From the NCBI GenBank assembly GCA_040954595.2, contig CM082578.2:8913519-8977518 (forward strand): a stretch of 64,000 bases of DNA. Direction: 5' to 3'. Shown piece by piece: positions 39,819 through 53,000 of the stretch. The first letter of the stretch is position 1; every line of letters starts with the position of its first letter. The stretch is from Balanoglossus misakiensis. Lineage: Eukaryota > Animalia > Hemichordata. Made by a program: the position numbers and the translations under genes. The notes below the pieces were generated by a model that saw only the letters and a list, made by a program, of their open reading frames with translations, made no database searches and was not told the DNA's origin.

Positions 39819-42800
39819 AGAAGGTTCCTTCATGCTGTGTAATCATGTCAATCAAAATTGAATCAGTACTTTTTTATCTTTGAATTTTTATTCTATGATG
39901 TCGACCAACATGGCTGACCCGCACCCAGTCATGAAAGGTTGCCTGTGATTGGTCAGTTTCCTGGCATTTTGGTCGCTTCAGTTGGTGTAATCCTATTGGT
40001 CCTCAGAGCCATGATAACCTTTTGTGCAAGTTTTTAACAAAAAAATATTTTTATATGCAGATTGGTTATTTGGCTTGCTGACCATAAACTGTAGTCGGAC
40101 ACTCATTGTCCTTCAAAATGACAGCTCTCTCCAGAGCAGATTTATTCATAACTTGCAGTGGTTTGTGAGGTTGGAAATTAAATGCAATTTTCAGAAATCA
40201 CTCTACACTTGTTGCTTCACATTTTTTTTCTTGATAATGAGTATGGCCTTGGCGTGTTGGATTCGTGGAAATCACTTCAGACTGTCTTCCAAATGTGGGA
40301 ATGTTGCCTGAAATGCAAAATTCACCCATTGCAGATATCATATACTTGTACGGATGTAAATGGGGACAAAAATGTGACAAGATGAAATTTACTGTAGGTG
40401 GCTGAGACACAAATGCTCTAAAATATTGATTTTGGAATGGTGTTATTTTTATTTTTACAAGCTGCGTGCAGTCAATGGTAATGCATTCACAGTGCATTTG
40501 TAAAGCTGGAGATATAGGCAAGGTGACATGCCCTGTGGCATCAACAAGCATTTATATTGTGATACTTCCTCTAATCCTTGCTACTCCACTATGTAAAAAA
40601 ACACGGACACCAGCAATTTCACAAAAATCATATTTTTATTGAGCTGCACACATCGAATATTTTGATTTCTTATCCTTGTAAGCCTTTCTCAAAAACATCA
40701 TTTCTCTTGAAGTCACAGATTCAAAAATATATATTTTTTATATTCTCCTCAATAATTTCATGAAAAAAAACTTTTTGGCTACTTGTCTTAATCGTCTGTC
40801 CATTAAATACTACCCCTGGAATTATATTCTTGGGGGTTCTTTGACTTGTGTACTATTCTACAAACTACTCCTAAAGGAAGTACATGTCTAAGGGATCACT
40901 ATTTAACAATATCGTGGTTACATGGCAGTTTTAAACGCAATGACTTGTAAAAAACAAAAACAAAAATATCTACATATAATTAAGCATTTGACATAAAAAA
41001 CACATTTTGAATTTTGACATGCAACTAAAATATAAATTTGAAGTTCCAGCTGATGAATGACCTCTGCCAGTGAAACTTACAGGGAAATGATACCACCTCC
41101 CCTACCCCTACGTTAAAAGAAAGATTGTGGATATTCCCCATACAAGTTTCTCAATAAATAGGCACATATGAAAACTGCTGCATATAATGCTGTGGTGAAC
41201 ATTGTCATATGTGAAATCTCATCAAACAGCTATCATTTATAATACTGTTACTAAATGGCTAAGTACATGTATTATATGATTCCCTTTTTTGAAATGATAT
41301 TGCATCTCATAAAATGTAAGGGTAGAAGCATAATCACATGCAGTGGTTTGCATATGCATTTAACGGTTTGCATTGGCAGAGATCAGGGTCACAGTCAGCT
41401 GGAAGGTCAGTCAACACAATGGATAAATGCTTTCGTCTAGTGACAGCTATAGCTAGATGCCTGTGATCTGTCAGTTATTTTGCACTCCACATCCACACTA
41501 AAGATCTCTAGCACATTGACAAAAATTCTGAGAATGATAAACATAAAAGGTTACAATGTAACTGCAGGCAGTCCTTTGCTACGCAGGTAAGGGACTGAAC
41601 ACACTAGAAATTCAACACAAATGGAGGAACAACACAAATTTGCTTTATAGCAGAACGAACCCACGATGATTTTTTGTGTGCGCTTGTCATCTTTGAACTT
41701 AGCATTTCACATCCAACAGTTGCACAAGCATCGTGCAGTGCACAGAGGGTAAAGTCAAGAAGAGAGGAATCCTGGCAAAATATACCCTATCAGAAAATGA
41801 TTCCAATCACCTGCAGAAATCTGTCACTGTCAAAAACTACCTCTACAATAAAAATTAAAAAAAATACAGTGTATATTGCTCATGGCTTTGGGATTTGCTT
41901 TATCTATTGTATGTATCTACTTCGAAGTTGTAATTTATGCAAGCAGAATTTTCAAAGTAATTCACATATGTGTGCGCACTGTAGAAGGATCACATTCAAG
42001 GCAGTGATTTAGAACATTTTGATGACAACAAAATTTCTGGCTTTTGAAGAATGGATGCAGAAAAAACAAAGATTTGATTATATATTCAGTGAATACCTGC
42101 GAACAACTCTCTTGCACACTTGATACGGCCAATTAGTGAGCCACCCCCAATGGTTTTTCAAAATTATACATTACTCAGGCCCATGGGCTCTATCTAATCA
42201 GAAGAAAACAAACAGGAAACTATTTCGTTGGTTTTAACAGTTATCACCACTTCTACAAAACCCCATCCTACAAGTACTATGTGTCCACTGTACAGGATGT
42301 CAAAACAAAAGGGCTGGAACGTTATCCAGGTGTACCCACTTGGCATTTTCAACAGTAATAATAACTTAATATGCAAACATTATCTGGTTCTCTAGTCCTC
42401 GAATTAAAACTCTGCAACACTGCATAAACAATGCACACTATACGCCTATCACATAAACAGTCCTACACACACAATCCAATTCTTTGCATAGACGTTTTGT
42501 ATTCCCCCCTTTCCAACAGCAACAAGATACTTGCATAAAAAATATTATGTACTTTTCATCCCCTTCCCCCTTTCCATATTTACAGTAGTATAATAAAACT
42601 ATTCTCTCTTTAAACTATTGAAGTTATTGAAGAAATCACGCGTTACATTTCTTGCAAACGTTGGCCTCTATAGAGACTTGTTCCTTTCTGATAGTAATTT
42701 CTTTCATGAATTTTCAATCACATCTTTGACGTTCATTTCCCCCCCTGTATTACTCACCTAACACGATTTTCTATCACGCAATTATACATTTGGTTATCTG

Positions 42801-44003
42801 AAGTTTCTGTCATAGTCACACCAAAAAGGGGTGGCTATAGGAATTTGGACTCATTACATAAGAGACGACATATGTTCAATGCCATGAATTCAGACATGAT
42901 TGACTAGTTCTACCACTAACTCGGTTAAATTCCCTTATGTTTGATGATCTATAACATTATACAAAAAAAAACCCAAGCAATGAAAACCAAGTAAACACTC
43001 TCCAGAAAAGCAGATGACTGAACAAATACACAATTGTACTGTTTACAGCTTATTCCAGCAGCGTTAGCACTAGGCTAGCTTCGGGCGAGTATACAGTGCT
43101 ACCGGTGACCCAGTGCTGTGCTGGTACAGTGCCAGCATAAGAACTAGCATATTGCTGACAAGTAAACTTTTTCCCCCACAGATATAGTGCGCTAAGCCAG
43201 CAAATAAGAAAAGAACCTTTGAAAGCTGTGCTGGTTTTACATCCCATCCACATAAAAAAAATGTTCCCTCCATAATATCCCCCTTCTGATATTCTTAAAT
43301 GATTTTCTTTTGTACTCAATTTTGAAAAGTTGGCATCCAGTATTGTCAGAAACCATATGCATCAAGCGTCAGTGATGAGCTATACGTCCCCTCAAGGGAT
43401 TGTCAACCTTTCTTCTCCATTTCCCCGAGAAATGGTCTAGCCTTGTCATCGACATGAACTCAGACCAAATGATCACGTTGAAACAGAGAGGATCTGTAGG
43501 CTGTAATATTTGTTTATCACTGTCAGCTGTGTGTGTGTATGTTGGTGGTGGTGGTTGCAATTGGTCCTGGACAATTCCTGGCCACATGATTCATTGTCTG
43601 ATCCATGAGGACCTATGACTAGGCACTAAAACGCGCACCCTACACCGAGCTATATTTACATTAGTATTTACACGATAGGATAAATTCACGAGCAGAATTC
43701 ACCGGCACGCTTGACATGCCTGCAGAAAAGTCAGCTCTCCTCCATTCACACGACACCAACGTGGCCACAGACATCCGCTGGCTACTGCACAGTCAGAGAT
43801 GTAAAATAGATCAGTCTGTCTGTCTGTCTTTACTTTGTTGAGGCCAACTTGTATATTCCATCAGGTTGAAGACGAGGAATTGTCTCTTCCCTTCAACGAT
43901 AGCGACACCATATTCCACAAAGTCAAACTTGAAACTGAAACGTCCAGTTAGCACTCCGGGATTGAAGGCCAGATGGAAAAGTGGACGATGTGCCGAAGAT
44001 GTC

Positions 44004-47000
44004 CTACTTGGCGTACTGTTCATAGAAAGCAATCTTGACCCTCTCTATGTGGTGACACAGTTTGATGGCCGGCCCCAATTTCAACTCCATGCATTCCTGT
44101 ACTGTAGGCAGGGTGAGCAGCAGTAGAGCCTGACCATCGATTTCCTGGAGGGGAAAAACAGAGCATGCGAGACAAAATTGACGTCAGTTCTCAAGGGTCT
44201 TAAGCTTTTATTACTTCATGCTAAGGGGTCACATTGCATTGTGGGTAAAATAGTAGACACCACAAACTGTGAAATCTGGAGGGGTGCCACATTACCTGTA
44301 TTCCGTGACATATTTGGGGCTAGTTTCTTTCTTTCTCAATGTCTGTGCCTTTACTTGTTCTCGAATGCAAATTTTTCCACCAAGAACTGCCTCAAAATGA
44401 CCACCAGCTACCTCGCATAACAAAAACATGTGAAATAGAGTCAAACTTACCTGATCTTTGAAAATCTTTGCCAATGGTGCGCAGTCTGTAGCCTTGATGA
44501 AGTCAACCACTTCTGCTACTGACCAGTATAACGGATTGGTTGCCAGTTGAAGTACCTCTTCAGCATTTTTATCCTGTTATACATCAAAGTGATTCTGGTT
44601 TTAATGATGTTGATTCACAATTTTCACATTTTTCAACACTTGACAGAAGTCTTCATACAAAAACAAAAGTCCAATAAGCCCACCTTCGTCTCTGTCGTCT
44701 TCCTCTGAGTTGCCGACGGACTGGCATCCATGTGACGGTGACCATGCCGGTGATGTCTGTGATGTGACGGGTGGTGATGGTGATGATGATGATGGTGGTG
44801 GTGCGACGTACCACTAGCGAGTGCTCCGTATCTTGTTACCATCTTCTTACCCCTCTCTCTATCTGGCAACACCAACTTTGGTATCTGTTTTAGTTTTACA
44901 AAAAACAAATATGCAGAGTGGAATCTCATTTTTGATCTGCTCAATTTACGAAGCTATGACAGAGCTACGGAAGACGCAAAGGTTCTTCGATGTTGCAACA
45001 TGATATAAAATAAGTTGCAATACCTCAACTTCGAAAATGCATAAATATTGCAATAAATGCTTCTTAAAAGTATATTACCAACACCCAGAAAAAAGAAGAA
45101 GCATACCTTGGCTCGTTTGGCCGACTCCAAGAGAGCCTTCGCCCTAGTCATAATCAGTGGCCTCTTGATGCCAACTTTGACATCCACTTTCTTCTCCTTG
45201 TCTTTCCTGTACTGTCTCTTCCTCTTGATTTTCTCTTCGCCGCTGTTCTCCTCCTCTCCATTCTCAATTTCCTCGTCTTCCTCTTCTTCTTCCTCGTCCT
45301 CATCATCTTCATCGTTCTCGTTCTCCTTCCTGTCTCCCGCCTCCTCGTTGGATGATGTCCTCTTTTTCCTGTGCACAAATGGCTTCCTCCTCTTCCGGCG
45401 TTTTCCGGGTTTCTTGGGGCCGTGCTCCAGATTGCTGTGGCCGCCCGGTGGCCTGCCGATCCGGCTTCTCTTCTTTTTGCCGTAATAATGCGCTGAAGAC
45501 GGAAAAAATTAAATGCACCAATGTCATTTTCAATATTTTTGAACATTGACAGCCATCAGCAAAAAATCTTGTTATGATCGCAAACTTACTGGTCATCATA
45601 TATCTCGCATAAAATTGCATCTAATGGCCATATCGACCGTACTGTAAAACAATGCAAAATATCAACAGCGGTCATTTCTAATATACCCCCAGGTCAAGAT
45701 ATGTACATGTATATGTACAATATGGGCGAGAATTCACCACGACACAAAATACTCAATGAAATCAAACAAGGGATTTTGATCGACAAACATTTAAATTGCA
45801 GTAATTTGTTTACTACATAAGCAAGACAGAATCTTACTGTATTTAGTTTTGGTCAGCGTTGAGCAGTTCTCCACACAGTTCTCCTCCACCTGCTGGACGG
45901 AGACCAGGTTTGGACAGCACTCCAGCTTAATGCACATGTCCCGGCAGAACTTGTCCACTTCATCGGCAGCTTTGCAGATTTCCACCATGGCCCTGTAACT
46001 CTTGCCCTTGTATCTGTTGATGAAATGTTTTTTTTTAGTCAGACTGTGAAGACGATGACGCTTGGACAGTAACTTTTCCCAGGTATCAATCACGGAATGA
46101 AGCAGCTACGGAATGAAACACTTACTTCGCCTTCATGACCTGCAGATGTCCATTCATGCCGGCAGTCTCTTCGTGTTCCACTTGCAGCTCTCGGAGTACC
46201 CGCGGCGGTTTGTAGGCGGCATTGATGAGCAGCGAAATCACCTCTTTCAGCACCAGAGTCACGATGCCAGGCCCAACAGCTCTGGGCAGTTCGGCAATGC
46301 GACCTTTGTTCAGGTACGGCCCCGAGAAACACTTGTGGTTGAAGTAGATCTTCGGACTCCAGTGAGATGTTTTATTAGCTGCAACAAACAGTACATACAG
46401 TAACATTCCTTGTATCAAGCAGAAAATTCATGAATGACACAGGCAATGAAGCTATGTGTCATACTTGGCTCCCTACTATGGTTGGTCTGTGGGGTCATAG
46501 ATTATATAATAGAGAGTCCAATAAATTGACATGACTTCTATTTTGATACATGTATGTTTCATTCAATAACCACAACACTTGACATATGACAGATGGCTAA
46601 CGGTGTTGTTCCCTATGCCAGGGAGCCATTCACATCACAGTGACCACAAATGCCAACTATGCCAAATACCAGCCAGCCAGGAAAGTTTTCAGTGAAACCC
46701 ACAGCAACTGAAATCCCATCATCCTACCTTCTTCTCCCGACTCATCCCCTCTTGGTGGACCCTCCCTCATCTTCTGATAAAGGTCTCTGCCAGGACTCAA
46801 TGGTGTGCTCTTGTTGGATATCCTGAAGAAGAAACAAACGATAACGCAAAACTGATACAACTTCATCACACACAAGATGAAACCTGGTATTCACATTGCA
46901 AATTGGTACAAAGAAAACCATGTGCGGAAAATGGCTATAGACATGAGAAAGAGAACACTCACTGCTTCTCTGGCCAAACCACAGCAACCTTCTTTGTTTT

Positions 47001-50000
47001 CTTCACTGAAATAGAAATAAATAGTACTCAATTAATGATAATTTTTTTCAATGAATTATGTGAGAAGTTAGCTCCTGGTCAGCAGAAAAAACACCTGCCT
47101 TTCAAACACTCCAGTAACACCACTTCTTATCACTAAAGAAAAACATGAAGTGTCCTACAGGACTTACCAAGTACTGGGATTTTCTTGGGTGGTTTCAAAG
47201 GAAAGCCAGTGGACTCGCACCACCCGACTGGAAAGATGTCGTGGGACTCCACATCAACTATGTGGTTGGGCAGCTTCCAACCGTCAAAGTGTAACCACAT
47301 GTGCCTGCCGATTATCTTGGTAACTGTGGCGGCGCAAATCTGCTGCGCGTTGAATGGATTCACCGCTTCTAACTTCATACCTCTTTGGAACTCGTGAACG
47401 CAGTACTGTCAGAGAAAATAACCACAATGCTAGTGTTTAGATGTGCCATTTATTGCTCAAAGGAGTTAATTTTCGAAAAAAAGATCACATGAAATTTGAT
47501 GATGGAAATGATGGAAAAAACCAACACTGTGAAAACAAAGTAAAATCTAGAAACTTACTGTTCTGAACAAACCCCTGGAGGCTTCAACAGCATTGCAGTG
47601 TTTCAGATATTCACCCCAATCAAATTTTGTACAATCATACCCTGAAACACAACAACACGATGATAACCACATTTTAAAAGAATAGATTGACAGTGTGTGT
47701 GTCTCAATCAATTCCACCCTGACATTTTATTATCTACTTGGTTTCACGGCCCGAACACTTCAATACAGCAAATAATTGAACGATATTGGAGAACTATTAT
47801 TTTTTCTGACAATCTGTCTCATACTATTTATTTTGAGGTAAATTTATTACACACAAATGAAAACCTGTCCTACCATTTGGTGGGGTTAGCTGTATGACAT
47901 GCTCCTTGCACCAGCCCATTGGGAAGAGACCTCCACAACCACCGTAACCGACGATCTGCACGGGTGTCTTGTTGGCAGCCAGATCATCAATTTCCACCAG
48001 GAAATACTGATTGTTGAACACTTTGACGATGGTAGCCGGACAGATCTGGGACGGGGCTTTTGGGTTGATGGCTTCCAGTTTCATTCCAACGCGAAAGTAA
48101 TGCTCAGCAGTGGACTGCTGATTCTGTAAACACATAAAAATTAAAAAAAATAGTTTCTCAACTAGGATTTTCTTGTCAATGGTAAAATCCTTCTTTGCTA
48201 CTGCTCTGCAAGTCCAACACCTATTTAAATTTTCAAGTTGATTCGACTTGTGAGGGAATGTACCCTGCAATTTGTATTACATCAAGATGACCACAAATCA
48301 GATTTTCATTTTTCATTTGCAATGAACATCAAAGGTATACAGTTATTTTGCATCTTGCCTAGAATTCAATTGACAAAATACTAAACAGCTCACCCTGAAG
48401 AAACTTTTGGGCAATGGAGTCTTGCTGGCTGCCAACACTCCCTTGTGGTGTATGTAAGTCCATTCTGGTGCTGAAAATGGTGTTCCAGCCATCAGCTCTG
48501 CATGCCGAGAGAAAAACAGTCATTTGTTATTATTTGGTCATGTGCGAATCTTAGCATGTACTCAATTAAAATCTAGCTGCTGTTTACATTATATTTATAG
48601 AGGTACTGGTCAGGCAGTGATAATGCAAACGGGCCAACAAAAATAACAACAGCCTTTGAGAGAGTTGCAATTTACTGTAATAGAAAGAACTGATGTAATT
48701 ATTTTGCATGAGTGCTGGTGAACAGTGATCCATGCTGACAACTGAGGAGTACAGACACCATCGTGTGTTGAACTGACCTGCAAATGGTTTCAAGGAGTAG
48801 CCTTTGTCTTTGGCCCATCCCAGCGGATGGACTCTGTGAGACTGGTAGAACAGCCAGAAATCAAAGGCGTCCGTAGACCCTCCCTCCAGACGCAGCAACA
48901 ACCGGCCGCCGTAGTTTTCGCGCACCACTGCAAGCCAGACTTCCAGAGGGTTCAGCTCATTGGTGACTTCCATTCGCATGCCCGGCTTGATCTGTTCGGC
49001 TGGACATTTACCAGCGTCCTGCATTTCAGAGTCACAGCACGGAACATGATTTCAGTTTATAATTTGAAATAGTAAAACCTTCAAGGGGGTTTTCAACTGA
49101 CACACGGAAACAATAAAATAGCAGGCAGATTTAGACAGCTAAAAATATTAGTTTGTTACTGATCACAGATAATTCAGGGCTGGCACTGCACATCAGTGTA
49201 CAGTTTTATTAATATGTCCAGATTTCTCTCGTAATTTTTAATCAAAACATAACAAATAGAATATTCAACTAGTATTACCCCTTAGTACAACTTCAAGTAA
49301 TCTACTTACACCTTCCAGAAGAAAGACGGGAGCCGTTATTGCACCTGTGAGATCCTGTACTAAGAATTCACTCCAGTTGTCACATCTGTCTCTGATGGCT
49401 ATAGAGGAGGGGAAAAAGAAATTCTTATGTTAAGTACCATTTTCACAGGCATTTTGTTCCTACCACAGGCCTGATTGTCAGACAAGGGGCAATCTATCAC
49501 ACTGCACGTCCACAGAAGGAAATGAAGACAAACTGATGCATCAGGGACAGTGGGGGTCCCTGCAAGTGAGACAATGGCAGAAGTGGTACTTCTGGCTGGG
49601 GAAGTTGTGAAAATGCCACACTGTATGCACTGACTGATGAGGTATTGTGGTCAGATGACGAGATGTTCTGTGGCAAACAGCATCAGTGTATCAAGAAATT
49701 TACTTAGTGGCAGGGTATTAAAACATCAACGTACATTCTGGAGGTGACAGTTGCTGGCTATGCTGTGCGCACCAGCCGATGGGATGCAAGTCTCCCGACG
49801 TGACATCACACCAAAAGTCTGCAGATCTATCCAAGTCGTAACCATCGTATCTCAGCAGTAGCAGCTGCCCACACGTTGCCACCACTGTGGCGACCCAGTA
49901 CGTCTTGGAGTGTCCGGGAGAGATGTTCCTGTTCACCACTTCCAGTTTCATTCCGGCCACAAACGGACTTTCCAGGCTGCTTTCCACCTAGATGAAATCA

Positions 50001-53000
50001 CGGGAATAAAATGTAAGACGGGGTTGCAAGGCAACTTGTATTAGCTTGACAAAGCTTGAACAATGCTGGGTTTCACGCAAGAGATGATGGTGTCAATTTA
50101 AAAACAACTTGTCATTTCTTACATGTTTAAAGGCAGAGTGTGGCACCGCCATTGCTCCCGTAACTTCCAGATACTCTTCCCAGGTGAATTCCTGCGTTTC
50201 AAACGGAGTAGCAGTAACATCTGGAAAGTAGGGAGTGTCTACTGTTATAGGCGTTGTCACTGTTCAGGTTCAATTTGTCATTTGACTCGAATCTTTTGAT
50301 TTCAACAATAATAGTTTAAGACTTCATAACTTAAACATCAACAACCACTGTTAAAGATACAACTTAGTGTACTTTTATACACATACATGTTACTGTTTCT
50401 TTCCACTGATCTCATTCCTTGAGCAAACTATGAACTTCTTTGATCTCACTAAATTTCTGCTTTTACAAGTTCAAGATTTTCAACACTTCCTTAGCACTGA
50501 CTTTACTATTGGCTCATCCACTCTCCCCTGATAGTCATTCTGACATTATGCATGCTTCTGACTGAACTTCCTCTCCACTGTGACTTCAATCATGAGACAG
50601 GGATAGGATTTAAACTCTCTTACCCACTTCAGGCTCATCAGCTGCCGGTGGTGCAGTGACCTCTGGCTTCTTCCTCTCTATGGGTGCCTGGGCATACAGT
50701 AAATTTTTCATTATTGCCAGATCAATGGAGGAGATCGGCTCCCGTTCTTCCTCCTCTTCCCACTCGTCCACTTCGCTCAACGGAACCTCACTCAAATCTT
50801 CCTTGGATTCGCTTTGAAGAGACTCTGCTGATGACACCGTTTCCTTGGGTGATGGTTGCGGTTGCTGGGGTTGCAGTTGCGCTTGCTGGGGTTGCGTCTG
50901 TGACTGTGGTTGCTGCTGTTGTTGTTGTTGTTGTTGTTGTTGAGGTTGCTGCTGTGAAGGCTCCTGGCTGGGTTGCTGAGGTTGTATCTGCAGCTGCACT
51001 TGAGCCTGTGGCTGAGGCGGTGGCTGTTGCACCTGTATTTGCGGTGAGAGCGGCTGCGACTGCAGCTGCGGCTGCTGCTGCTGCTGCTGAATCTGAACTT
51101 GCACCTGCTGAGGTTGATGCTGCTGCAGCGGCGGGGGCGGAGGTGGAGGCGGAGCTGGCTGCTGCAGCTGGATGGTTGGCTTAGCCAGCTGCAACTGCAG
51201 CTGTATGGGTTGTGGCTGCAGCTGTGGCAGCGACTGCAGTTTCTGGGCCTGTGTCACCGGGTGCTTGACGGCCGTTACAGACGGACTGAACTGCTGCAGC
51301 TGCACCTGCTGGGGGATGGTGACCACCTGCGACCCCCCACCGGTTCTGAGCAAGGCTTGGATAGGCACTTGAGAAGTCACCGGCTTGGTGAAGACGTGGT
51401 GGCTTATCGGGGGTGCACTGGACAAACTCTGCGTCATCTGGGCTTGCTGGGGCTGCCCTCCCTGAGGGCCACCTCCCGGGGGCTGCTGAATGATCTGGGT
51501 CTGAACTCCGCTGGGCTGGTGGACAATTGTTGTCTGAATGAGGGGCTGGCCCACTGTGGATGACGTCACCGGCACAATAGTTTGCGGACCTGTGGAGGTC
51601 TGCACAAGTTGTGGGTTAGTCTTCATGACAGCGGCCTGCTGCACTATCGCCGACGGCAACAGGGTCTTCTGTCCAGCACTGGTCTGAATCAGCTGCTGTA
51701 CCTGCTGCGGCCCGAGTATCCGCGGGGGTTGAATTGCCTTCTGCAGCGTCACCTGCTGCCCTCCTACGCTGGTCTTGATGAGTTGGGGTTGCTGCGGGGC
51801 ACCACCGCCTGTCTGTACAACCTGAGTGGTTGGCGCGGCCTGCACGATTGCCTTCTGCAGAATCTGAGCCTGAGCGGCGTGGATGACAGGGTGCGTCACC
51901 GTGATGTTCGGCGGAAGGTTCGGCCTCTGCTGCTGTCTGGGCAAGCCGACCTGAGCAAGAAACTGCGTGGTGGCGGCGCCGCCGGGGCCACCAGCCTGCA
52001 TGACGTTCTGCGGGCGAGCGATGAGGGTGGCCCTCGGGGCTTGCGCGAACAACGTCTGTCGGGGCTGGACGCCGGAGAGGGAGACGACCGGCTGGGACGT
52101 CTGCGGCGCCGCTGTGAGCGTGACAATCGGCTGGTTGAGGGTCTGCGCTCCCGAAATGGAGACAACCGGATGAGTCAGAGTGTGCGTTCCGGACACGGAC
52201 ATCACTGGCTGACCTAGAGGTTGCATACCAGGCCTGGCAACTACTGACATGACTGGCTGGGTGAAAACCTGCGTGCCTGCAATTGAAACCACCGGGTGGG
52301 TAAGAGTCTGTGGTCTGGCTATCGCACCCATGGGCTGGTTCAGTGGCTGTGCACCTGTAATTGTGACCGTCGGATGGGCAATGGTTTGAGTCCTCACAAC
52401 CGTGCCCAACGGTTGGCCCAAAGTCTGCGCGGCCGTCACTGTGACCATCGGCTGAGTCAGAGTCTGTGTCCTGGAAACTACGCCCACCGGCTGGGCCAAC
52501 ACGTGCCCACCGGCCTGCGTGCCAACCGGCTGGGCGAGGGCTTGAGCCCTTGGAATCGGCTGTTGTGCCAAAGTGTGCGCCGGGCCGGCAATTGTGACAA
52601 TGGGTTGGTTCAGCGGCCTCTGTAGGGCTAGCGTGACCGGGTGTGGCTGTATCTGCAAATGCCGGGGGAGGGTGATGGTTGTCAGGCCCGTGGACGCCGA
52701 AACGGCCAGCGCCGCCGTGGTCGTCACCAGGGCAGTGGTGGTGCAGGCAGCGACAGTCTGTAACGGTATCTGCGACACAGGCACCTGCAGCAGATTTTGC
52801 ACGGAGGCCGGCGACAGCACGGGGGTCTGCGGCCTGGCCTGGGCCAAGCTCTGAATTTGGACAGCTGATGCTGGCAGGGCGTGTATCGGGCTTCTGGCCA
52901 ATGTCACCTGAACTGGACTTCTTGGCGGGGCTTGAAGTGGACCCTGCGATGCCGGTTGAAGCGATGCTGGCAGCGGCAATGGTGCTAAAACTGGCGCAGG

